From a virus (Duplodnaviria > Heunggongvirae > Uroviricota > Caudoviricetes): DNA of 20,396 nucleotides. A model generated the notes under the pieces. It did not search any database, was not told the DNA's origin, and saw nothing but the letters and a program-made list of their open reading frames with translations. How positions within the stretch are numbered: the stretch's first letter is position 1; each line of letters starts with the position of its first letter. Location of the stretch: IMG/VR virus record IMGVR_UViG_3300020578_005505; one strand, given 5' to 3'. The position numbers and the translations under genes were made by a program. Shown here in pieces: positions 6,703-13,542 of this stretch.

Positions 6703-7080
6703 TTATAACGAATTACTAAAAAGATCATAGTAGCAATTCCACTTATTCTTTCGCTCTACTTTATTTGCTAGACGTTCAAGAGGGTGATTCTTATAGCTAA
6801 AAATTTTATCTTGCTTTTGGTATTGACGTTTTATGCTCTGATGATAGTGAGCAAATTCGTGAATAATAGTAGCTATAAAACTTATTAAAGCTCTATGTCT
6901 ATCTTTATAAACGTGTATCTCATTTTTCCAAGGATCATAATGCCCGGCCCATCCTTTATTTTTTTTGTGGAATACAAGCTTAGGATATGAACCGTTTACT
7001 CTACTAGGACCGAGATTTTTTTTACTCCACTCCATCACTAGGAGTGCAGACTTTCTTGTTATTCGAATATCAGCTGCCAT
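6703..7080 (-). CDS. small zincin metallopeptidase-like protein
   Basis: G.Y...N.I.V strands followed by TIIHEFAHYHQ (HExxH) and a downstream HPLERLA Glu helix. Confidence 0.75.
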   Translation of the reverse strand: MAADIRITRKSALLVMEWSKKNLGPSRVNGSYPKLVFHKKNKGWAGHYDPWKNEIHVYKDRHRALISFIATIIHEFAHYHQSIKRQYQKQDKIFSYKNHPLERLANKVERKNKWNCYYDLFSNSL

Positions 7081-7111
7081 GCTGTTAAAATATTAAAAAA
7101 AGTTTTATCCT

Positions 7112-7140
7112 AAAACAAAAAACCGCCCTAAGGCGGCTTT
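7112..7140 (-). terminator. Rho-independent terminator
   Basis: Minus strand GCCGCC-TTAG-GGCGGT followed by TTTTTGTTTT, just after the stop at 7145. Confidence 0.85.
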
Positions 7141-7144
7141 AAAT

Positions 7145-8482
7145 TTATACTCCTGGAGCCCTATCAACTCCGATTAAAGTATTTTTTTTCCATAAACCCG
7201 CTCTTGTTGCCTTCGTTCCATCTTTCTTAGTTCTTTCAAGATCTACTGTAACTTTACTCATATCTAATCTGCCGTTCATTGCTCTTGCGCCAAGCGTTAC
7301 CTTTAAGACTTTCTCTCCTGTCCCTCTTACAATATCTCCTACTTTAAGGTTTTGAGCTAAAACTTTTTTTTTATCTATTCCTTCTTCATTCTCTTCAAGG
7401 TCATACTGTGCATCTGCGGCTTTCTTTGCCATTTCCTCCGTTTCATGATTGAGGAACATTTTGATTTCTCCCGGAGTAAGCCCAGATTTTCGAAGATGCT
7501 TTATAATCTTTTCGGATGCACTGTATAGCTTTTCTGAGATCTTTTTTTCGATATTTTTTATTTTCTCGTTAGATGAGGCTTCAGAAGTAACAGAACGGTT
7601 CATAGTACGCCCAGTCATATCCCCTCCCTCTGCCTTTACTTTTTTTCCAGCCTTTGTAGCAAGCTTTGCGATTTCTTTTTTAATAGTTTTTATAGAATCA
7701 ATATACTCCGATAGTTGTTTATTTTCATCTGGAGATAGTGTACTAAAGCTATAAGACGCCTGATTTTCTCTCAAAAAGGGATACCGTTCTTTATCCCTTG
7801 CTATAGATTTTTTAAAAGACTTAGAAATATCATCTGAGCTTGAAATAATATCATCTTCGTCAAAATCAAAATTTTCTTCGTCCTCATCATCATCTTCTTC
7901 TCCAGCAGCTTTCATATAGTCTGGTTCGAATCTAGAAGCATCCGGATCGTAATCTAATTTAGAGGTATCAGTTCTTTTTGGAAGCTTAAAAGGTTCCATA
8001 TAATCCTCTTCTACAGTACTGATAGTAGGTCCTGTTGCTTGAAGAGGAGCAGGATTGAGTCCTTCTTTTTGATGCTTTTGTTTATAAGCCTGGTAGTCTT
8101 TATCACGCTCTAAATTAGCTAATACATGGTCAGGCCATGCTTGAGGATCCATGCCGGCAAGCTTCTCGGGATCATCCTTTGTATATCTAGTTATGAGATC
8201 TACAAGCTCAGAATCATCATCTACTTCTTTACCTTCTCTATATCCCCGAGAGCCCGGGTAGTTATCGGCATATCCATATTCTTTTACAGAAGGATCATCG
8301 TAGCCAGATGTATCTGTTATTTCTTTACCGCCTATTTGAAACTTATCTCCTTTCTTAGTTTTAGCGAGAGCAGCTGTAAAAGCGTTTCCCTCTTCTACTG
8401 CCTCTTTAAGTATTCCTTTAGAGGTATCAGCTTGAAAGCAAGAAATTAAATTTTTGTAATCTTCATGAGATATATAGCTCAT
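7145..8482 (-). CDS. acidic modular protein, putative protease-processed internal head polyprotein
   Basis: 445 aa; EGNAFTAALAKTKKGDKFQIGGKE motif recalled from large-phage head-associated proteins; D/E-rich tract; many x-x-E junctions; small beta-rich C-terminal domain. Confidence 0.6.
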   Translation of the reverse strand: MSYISHEDYKNLISCFQADTSKGILKEAVEEGNAFTAALAKTKKGDKFQIGGKEITDTSGYDDPSVKEYGYADNYPGSRGYREGKEVDDDSELVDLITRYTKDDPEKLAGMDPQAWPDHVLANLERDKDYQAYKQKHQKEGLNPAPLQATGPTISTVEEDYMEPFKLPKRTDTSKLDYDPDASRFEPDYMKAAGEEDDDEDEENFDFDEDDIISSSDDISKSFKKSIARDKERYPFLRENQASYSFSTLSPDENKQLSEYIDSIKTIKKEIAKLATKAGKKVKAEGGDMTGRTMNRSVTSEASSNEKIKNIEKKISEKLYSASEKIIKHLRKSGLTPGEIKMFLNHETEEMAKKAADAQYDLEENEEGIDKKKVLAQNLKVGDIVRGTGEKVLKVTLGARAMNGRLDMSKVTVDLERTKKDGTKATRAGLWKKNTLIGVDRAPGV

Positions 8483-8514
8483 TTTATCCAGATTTATTAT
8501 AAATAGTAAAGAAT

Positions 8515-8703
8515 TTACTTTAACTTCTCTGGATCATCCCCAACTAAATGTCTACGCCACCAACGTTTAAATCCGTTAGTATCAGGAAGATCATCTATTA
8601 TTTTAGACTCTATATAATAAAAAGCCACTATTAAGATAAGGAAGACGAATGAAAGAATAGCTAGAATAAACATTATTAAATATTTATCATTTTTTTCCAC
8701 CAA
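8515..8703 (-). CDS. small single-pass membrane protein
   Basis: TM segment followed by F.RWWRRHLVG.DP. Confidence 0.7.
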   Translation of the reverse strand: MVEKNDKYLIMFILAILSFVFLILIVAFYYIESKIIDDLPDTNGFKRWWRRHLVGDDPEKLK

Positions 8704-8930
8704 GGTGATTTACTAGAGTTTTTTTGCCTATTTCTTATATTAAGAACATGATTAAATGTACCATTAACCTTTCCAAAAACAATTGCACGATCTATTTCAG
8801 ATAATTTACTTACATCAACACGAATATGAATAGGTGTGGCTATAATAGTTTCGCCTTTTTCTAGATTAAGATTAGTATCAACAATTATGTAATCTCGGTT
8901 ATTATGTGAGCTATTTCTTATCACTTCCAT
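8676..8930 (-). CDS. hypothetical protein
   Basis: 84 aa; TATTTAT motif abuts the ATG; ends in PWWKK. Confidence 0.7.
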   Translation of the reverse strand: MEVIRNSSHNNRDYIIVDTNLNLEKGETIIATPIHIRVDVSKLSEIDRAIVFGKVNGTFNHVLNIRNRQKNSSKSPWWKKMINI

Positions 8931-8944
8931 ATAAATATCTTAAA

Positions 8945-9313
8945 CTAATTTTCTCCCTGAATGTAATCTCTCCCCTTATCGGAAAGACTATAAACCAATT
9001 CGCCATCCTCTCTAACTCCTACTTGGATCATATCTTTATCTATTAACCCGTTTAAAATATCCGAAGCATATCTAAGACCAGCAGCTTCATATAGCTTATG
9101 CATTTCGTCTTCATTAAAAAAATAACTCTCTCGTTTTCCAATAATATATTGATGCCAGGTTTTATCAGCAAAGATCTTAATCTCTTCAGACCAGTAAGAG
9201 AGGAGTCTACTGTCCATTCTATCTTTTTGCGAGAAGCTTAATTCTCCTTCAACTATAGCATCGATTAATACCTTAGCGTAGTCTTGCCCACTTTGTATAT
9301 TATCTTTATTCAT
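8945..9313 (-). CDS. hypothetical protein (possible winged-helix-like C-terminus)
   Basis: 122 aa; L..L.DK..I..GV.E.GE.VYSL...G pattern. Confidence 0.7.
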   Translation of the reverse strand: MNKDNIQSGQDYAKVLIDAIVEGELSFSQKDRMDSRLLSYWSEEIKIFADKTWHQYIIGKRESYFFNEDEMHKLYEAAGLRYASDILNGLIDKDMIQVGVREDGELVYSLSDKGRDYIQGEN

Positions 9314-9323
9314 AAAATTTTAT

Positions 9324-9668
9324 TTACTTCCATAAAATTTGTATTATAATTATACATAGGCCTAAAAAGAGACATAAAGTAGTTTTCAAAGTTATTGGTT
9401 CTTTAAATAAAAAATAAGACATAAGCGTAAAGACTATAACTCCTATTCCAAATCCGATAAGCCTTGACGGCCATATTTCTCCGTTATAAGCAAGAACAAA
9501 ATTTTTGACCGATTCCATAAACATTAACGAAATAGGAATCCCCATAAGAGCTCCGAACCATATATTATTCTTTAGAAAAGTATATTTCATCTGTCCTTGA
9601 AGCTGAAGGAAGGTAATTATTTGGGCAGTTATGCCCCATAAGATACCTCTAATAATTAATCCAACCAT
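9324..9668 (-). CDS. four-TM SMR/DMT-like membrane protein
   Basis: 114 aa with four hydrophobic helices; LFKEPITLK..L.L.L.. matches the DMT/SMR TM3-TM4 loop. Confidence 0.6.
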   Translation of the reverse strand: MVGLIIRGILWGITAQIITFLQLQGQMKYTFLKNNIWFGALMGIPISLMFMESVKNFVLAYNGEIWPSRLIGFGIGVIVFTLMSYFLFKEPITLKTTLCLFLGLCIIIIQILWK

Positions 9669-9677
9669 CTTGCAATA

Positions 9678-9887
9678 TTATGATGCGCCTCTTGTCTCCA
9701 TGAGCCTTTGCATATGCTCAGCTGTTTCTTGATCTCTTACTACATTAATTTCATAATTAACTTTACCTCTTGCTGCTACAAAGCCTACATACTTAAATGC
9801 TTTAGAATGTTCTATACACGTGTCAGTGTACCCTAACTTTACCCTTCCTTCAGGGATAGCTTTGCTGCAAACTTTACAATACTTCAT
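9678..9887 (-). CDS. DksA/TraR-like zinc-finger protein
   Basis: YCKVC..AIPEGR....T.TCIEH corresponds to the C-x2-C..IP..R...C-x2-C finger, with His as the last ligand. Confidence 0.55.
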   Translation of the reverse strand: MKYCKVCSKAIPEGRVKLGYTDTCIEHSKAFKYVGFVAARGKVNYEINVVRDQETAEHMQRLMETRGAS

Positions 9888-9908
9888 AAAATATTAAACG
9901 GGATAATT

Positions 9909-10115
9909 TTACCCTAAGTCTTTTCTCTTTTTTTTGTCAGAAGGTTTAGATATAGTTCTTCTCCCTGTATGATCGATAAATTCTTCAACCATAATAGGAC
10001 CGTTAGAGAATTTATTCAAGTCAAAATGCCACCTTGAAGCAAGAATCTTAGTTCTTGATTCAGAGACATAATAAAAATAATCGCGAGTAAAATTAGTTAT
10101 AGGTAACTTTAACAT
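9909..10115 (-). CDS. phage hypothetical protein
   Basis: W.FDL.K..NGPI.VE motif; first gene after the promoter at 10169-10202. Confidence 0.7.
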   Translation of the reverse strand: MLKLPITNFTRDYFYYVSESRTKILASRWHFDLNKFSNGPIMVEEFIDHTGRRTISKPSDKKKRKDLG

Positions 10116-10168
10116 TATCGGATCTATTTTTCTTTATTAAAATCAGATATGTTAATCTGACTCAATAA

Positions 10169-10202
10169 TGAATATAAGATCTTTATTTAGTTATTCCAAC
10201 TT
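10169..10202 (-). promoter_or_regulatory. Bacteroidota sigma-A-like promoter
   Basis: AAGTTG-N20-TATATTCA, followed by a small leader hairpin (TCAGAT/ATCTGA, 10143-10160). Confidence 0.65.
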
Positions 10203-10297
10203 TTTTTCAGAAGAAATTTTTTTTTAGTACAAAAAATTAGCTATAAAGAAATTTATTAGTGTAACAATTTTTCCTTGTACAAGTAATTATTACTACT

Positions 10298-10365
10298 GGC
10301 TATCTTTTTAAGCTTATCTTCCTGCTTAAGGCGGGCTATATAACTACCGGTAATAAGCGATAGCC
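10298..10365. ncRNA. candidate structured intergenic element, family unknown
   Basis: Nested complementary segments GGCTATC/GATAGCC, GCTTAT/ATAAGC and CCTGC/GCGGG form a GC-richer island in an AT-rich spacer. Confidence 0.4.
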
Positions 10366-10381
10366 TAGATTCTTTAATAAT

Positions 10382-10561
10382 TTATTTTCTTTTCTTTTTT
10401 TCGCTAGACTCTCTTATAAATTTACGTAAAGTAAGTAGTGATACTATTATTGCTAAAATAAGAGATGTTGCTTGTAAGTAGGGCATACTTTGCATAATGA
10501 AGCTTGATAAATGCAGTCCCCATGCACCAGCCGTGAGACTTTCAGCTGTAGGATTTTTCAT
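10382..10561 (-). CDS. small membrane protein (holin-like topology, unproven)
   Basis: Likely start MKNPTAESL; hydrophobic helices and a highly basic C-terminus (EKKKRK). Confidence 0.6.
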   Translation of the reverse strand: MKNPTAESLTAGAWGLHLSSFIMQSMPYLQATSLILAIIVSLLTLRKFIRESSEKKKRK

Positions 10562-10563
10562 AC

Positions 10564-10785
10564 TCAATTTTGAATGCTGATTTTTTGGATTAGTAATGCT
10601 TCCCAATTAATTGCACATTTTACTAAAATCGATGCTCTTTTGCTTAACGCGCCAGACTCTACCAGGTTTATTATAAGACTCGTCCAAGCTTCTCTACTAT
10701 CGATATGTAAAAGCTTATGAGTTCCCTTAGGAATATGTTTTTTAGCTAAACCTTCTAGAGTTTCATATAATGCTTGCTCTACCAT
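10564..10785 (-). CDS. hypothetical protein
   Basis: Likely start MVEQALYE, 6 nt downstream of the CTATTTATA motif. Confidence 0.6.
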   Translation of the reverse strand: MVEQALYETLEGLAKKHIPKGTHKLLHIDSREAWTSLIINLVESGALSKRASILVKCAINWEALLIQKISIQN

Positions 10786-10807
10786 GCTGTTATAAATAGC
10801 ATATATA

Positions 10808-10978
10808 CTACTTGACCCATTCAGCAATTCCTAAAGCAAATGCTTGAGCAGGAGATACACTAGGATCTTTTTTCATATATTGAAGAGCCCAATAAATAAT
10901 CTCTACCTCCAAGCAACTCTCCATAGCAACATCAAGCATCTTATCGATTGCATCCATTTGTTCTGCATCTGTATTCAT
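10808..10978 (-). CDS. small conserved phage protein; missed by ORF track
   Basis: Manual translation (56 aa): MNTDAEQMDAIDKMLDVAMESCLEVEIIYWALQYMKKDPSVSPAQAFALGIAEWVK. Confidence 0.8.
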   Translation of the reverse strand: MNTDAEQMDAIDKMLDVAMESCLEVEIIYWALQYMKKDPSVSPAQAFALGIAEWVK

Positions 10979-10984
10979 TTTTTA

Positions 10985-11644
10985 TTAAATTTTACTTATA
11001 TATTCATCTCCTTCCTGGTAATCATCTTTAGGATCAAGTCCTAGTTCTTTGAAATGTTGCAAGAAGTTATCATCGACTTGAAAATCGATCTCTCCTTTCT
11101 TGAGTATAGTTGCATTTGCATCCTCTAATCTTAATATCTGTTTTTCAGAAAAAATATTTCCAACATAAAGAAAATAGCAATTATAGCATAACATTTCTAA
11201 ATTAGTAAATTTCCAGTTATTTTTATTTCCATCTTTGAAGCTTAATATAAGAGGCTGTTTAAAATCTATAACTCTTTTTTCGTTATGTTCACATTTATAA
11301 CACTCCATTCTCAAAATGCCTTCGTAGATCAATCTAGCTTTCAGTTTTTGCTGATTAATAGCGCGATAACTTTCACTAGTCATAATCTGGTTGATCTTTT
11401 CTATTGAAATTTCATGATTCCACCTTACTCTTTTTATCCCTCTTCCTGAGTTATTTTTGTGTAATTCGTAAAGTGTTTTACCGCTTTGCTGATCGATATA
11501 CAAGCGAGCATATTTTCTATAAGTTTCAATAGTTACGTTTAGATATCTAGCAGCTTGAAAATTAGACTGCGTAAATTTCATAGCATTCCTTATAACCGCC
11601 TCGCTAAGATCTCTTCTAGGTCTCCCTAATTTATTCTTTGACAT
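10985..11644 (-). CDS. Fis-type HTH plus degenerate HNH zinc-finger protein, putative regulator
   Basis: IRNAMKFTQSNFQAARYLNVTIETYRKYARLY is HTH_8-like; CYKC...PLILSFKDGNKNNWKFTNLEMLCYNCY is HNH-like with both His positions substituted. Likely ATG at 11644. Confidence 0.65.
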   Translation of the reverse strand: MSKNKLGRPRRDLSEAVIRNAMKFTQSNFQAARYLNVTIETYRKYARLYIDQQSGKTLYELHKNNSGRGIKRVRWNHEISIEKINQIMTSESYRAINQQKLKARLIYEGILRMECYKCEHNEKRVIDFKQPLILSFKDGNKNNWKFTNLEMLCYNCYFLYVGNIFSEKQILRLEDANATILKKGEIDFQVDDNFLQHFKELGLDPKDDYQEGDEYISKI

Positions 11645-12038
11645 TTGAATCAATAAGAGTTAAAAGATTCCATAAATCTTCAGCAACTTCTAAAATAATT
11701 TCGTTATTATCTGAATCAATCAAAGGATTAATATTTCCATCAGGGTCTATTCTTTCCCATAAGTAATAGCTTATTAGTTCAGCACCTTCTTTACTAAAGT
11801 GTAGCATAAGAAGTGCTTCAATGACGTCTAGGAACGCTTCATCATACTTAGTTAGATCTAAATTAAATTCAGCGTACATTAAGTTTTGCCTGTTAATAAT
11901 CTGTTCAATAGAGTTAATAATCATTATAAATAACTCTTTCTTCTTTTCAACTTGAGTCTTTTTCTTTTTCCTGACTAAACTCTTTATGTTAAGTAACTGA
12001 TTAACAGCTATCTGGATTTCGCTAAAGTCTTTTTCCAT
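11631..12038 (-). CDS. conserved phage hypothetical protein
   Basis: 135 aa; LI..YLWER...DG......LW.L pattern; coupled to both neighbours. Confidence 0.75.
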   Translation of the reverse strand: MEKDFSEIQIAVNQLLNIKSLVRKKKKTQVEKKKELFIMIINSIEQIINRQNLMYAEFNLDLTKYDEAFLDVIEALLMLHFSKEGAELISYYLWERIDPDGNINPLIDSDNNEIILEVAEDLWNLLTLIDSNVKE

Positions 12039-12383
12039 TTACTTTGTTTTTTCTCTCTTATTCACCGTTTTGAAAGGCTTCTTTATTTGATCTATAAGAG
12101 TTTTAATAGGAATGCATTCCTCAAATCTTTCATCTTCTAGCATAAAATTTATGCATTGCTCAAGAGCTGGAATCCAATACTGCTTTGGAATATCAATATA
12201 CATTCCAGTTCCATTAACTTCAAATAAAGTAGCAAAAGTTTTTTTATTCCTAAATGCTTCTTCAATAGCAAGGAATGTTTCTTTTTTGACTAGATTAATA
12301 AGAGCTTCGTTAGTTATTAAATCTGAAGCTTTGATGTCTTCGAGAGGCTCAAATAACGCTCTCGGTATTTTTCTCGTTTCCAA
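12039..12383 (-). CDS. hypothetical protein with a C-terminal UVR (UvrB/UvrC)-like motif
   Basis: LEQCINFMLEDERFEECIPIKTLIDQIK resembles the UVR coiled-coil E.(Y/F)E.A..I...I; TTG start. Confidence 0.55.
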   Translation of the reverse strand: METRKIPRALFEPLEDIKASDLITNEALINLVKKETFLAIEEAFRNKKTFATLFEVNGTGMYIDIPKQYWIPALEQCINFMLEDERFEECIPIKTLIDQIKKPFKTVNKREKTK

Positions 12384-12425
12384 AACCGTTTATTTAATTT
12401 ATTTTTAATAATACTTCAGCTTAAA

Positions 12426-12890
12426 TTATATTCTCTTTAATCCAGCCATTCTCCTCATCCATTCCCGGAGAGGCTCTTCTTCAGCAGGAGGCTGCTCTGT
12501 ATCCGGTATATTCTGTTCTGGTTCTTCTCCAGGAGGCTGCTCTGTTGCCCCTTTTGCTCCTCCTTTAAATACCTTATCTATAATATTATTAGCTAAAGAA
12601 GGAAGAGGAAGCAAAAACCCTATAACATTTTTATAAGGATTTTCAACATCGTATATAATTTGCATACCAGCAGCTCCGAATTTTTCTTGAAGCTCAGTCC
12701 CTATTTCATTAGCCATTTGCTGAAGCTGACGAGGGTCTTGAGGTACATTCTTCAATACAAATTGAAGCTTAACTCCTTTCTTTGTTTTATTTATATTAAC
12801 ATCGAACCGAAGAGTCAGATGGTGTCCTGCAATCTCTACAGGATACTCTGGAATCATAGCCGGTAAGGCTTCTTTTAATGTTGCTTTCAT
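12426..12890 (-). CDS. conserved phage protein, possibly virion-associated
   Basis: Starts MKATLKE; core LRFDVN.N.TKKG.KLQF; P/E/Q-rich linker; ends PLREWMRRMAGL; TATTTAT motif 4 nt upstream of the ATG. Confidence 0.7.
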   Translation of the reverse strand: MKATLKEALPAMIPEYPVEIAGHHLTLRFDVNINKTKKGVKLQFVLKNVPQDPRQLQQMANEIGTELQEKFGAAGMQIIYDVENPYKNVIGFLLPLPSLANNIIDKVFKGGAKGATEQPPGEEPEQNIPDTEQPPAEEEPLREWMRRMAGLKRI

Positions 12891-12903
12891 AATAATAAAT
12901 ATC

Positions 12904-13542
12904 TTATTCCCAGGCTAGTACTTTAAAACGTTCAGCAGGAAGTTGAAAATAATCAGTCTTCCACTTTGATTGCTGAAAAAATTCAAGATCAATCCACTCA
13001 CTCTTTCTTTTTATCATATCTTTTGCAGCTAAAGTCCAGTCAATAGATATTATTTTATTCTCAACTTCTACTTTCATTTTTTCAATCTCCTCTAACTCGT
13101 AGCTATCATATTCAAAATGAAGAAGTTCTAGAGAATTTCCTAAACTATCTACATAATCGATACTCAAATCTATTCCCCATTTTCCCTTGTAGTTTATCAG
13201 CTTATTTATGAGGTTATTTGCTTTAGCTAACATTTTAAGTTGCTCTAGAGCCTCTCCACTATATCCTTTTCTTTCAAACAAAAATGCATGATTTATATGT
13301 ACGTTACTAGTAGATTCGTTATCGGTCATCCAAACCTTCCTTATTGATTTTTCATCTCTATGGAAGACAAAACGTTGATTATTCTCTTTTGAATATTCTT
13401 GCTCTAATGGAGTTAACCGGTATCCATTCTGATCAAATAGCTCTACCCAGTAACCGCAAGTAAAAGCTTCTTTTCTAGAAAAAGGAATTGGATTATCCCA
13501 AGTTTTATTACTATAGAATTTTTGATCCGTTACAGTAATCAT
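12904..13542 (-). CDS. conserved phage protein of unknown function, possibly enzymatic
   Basis: LFDQNGY.LT.LEQ, HINHA.LFERKGY.G.ALEQL and KWG.D.S.DY motifs; ATGA overlap with the upstream flavoprotein gene. Confidence 0.75.
   Translation of the reverse strand: MITVTDQKFYSNKTWDNPIPFSRKEAFTCGYWVELFDQNGYRLTPLEQEYSKENNQRFVFHRDEKSIRKVWMTDNESTSNVHINHAFLFERKGYSGEALEQLKMLAKANNLINKLINYKGKWGIDLSIDYVDSLGNSLELLHFEYDSYELEEIEKMKVEVENKIISIDWTLAAKDMIKRKSEWIDLEFFQQSKWKTDYFQLPAERFKVLAWE

Noticed and set aside
7148-7370. Intein/Hint domain suggested by AQNLKVGD in the C-terminal block
   Set aside because: No N-terminal Cys/Ser block, TxxH or terminal HN; a small SH3/KOW-like beta domain is more plausible.
7920-7936. 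tRNA T-arm look-alike TCTGG-TTCGAAT-CTAGA
   Set aside because: No matching acceptor stem, D-arm or anticodon arm upstream, and it lies antisense within the 445-aa CDS.
10298-10365. Assignment of the structured element to a SAM-II or preQ1 riboswitch, or to an IS200/IscB end
   Set aside because: Only short fragments resemble these (GCUUAAAAAG, a CCCGCC hairpin); the core consensus is missing and no transposase or cognate gene is adjacent.
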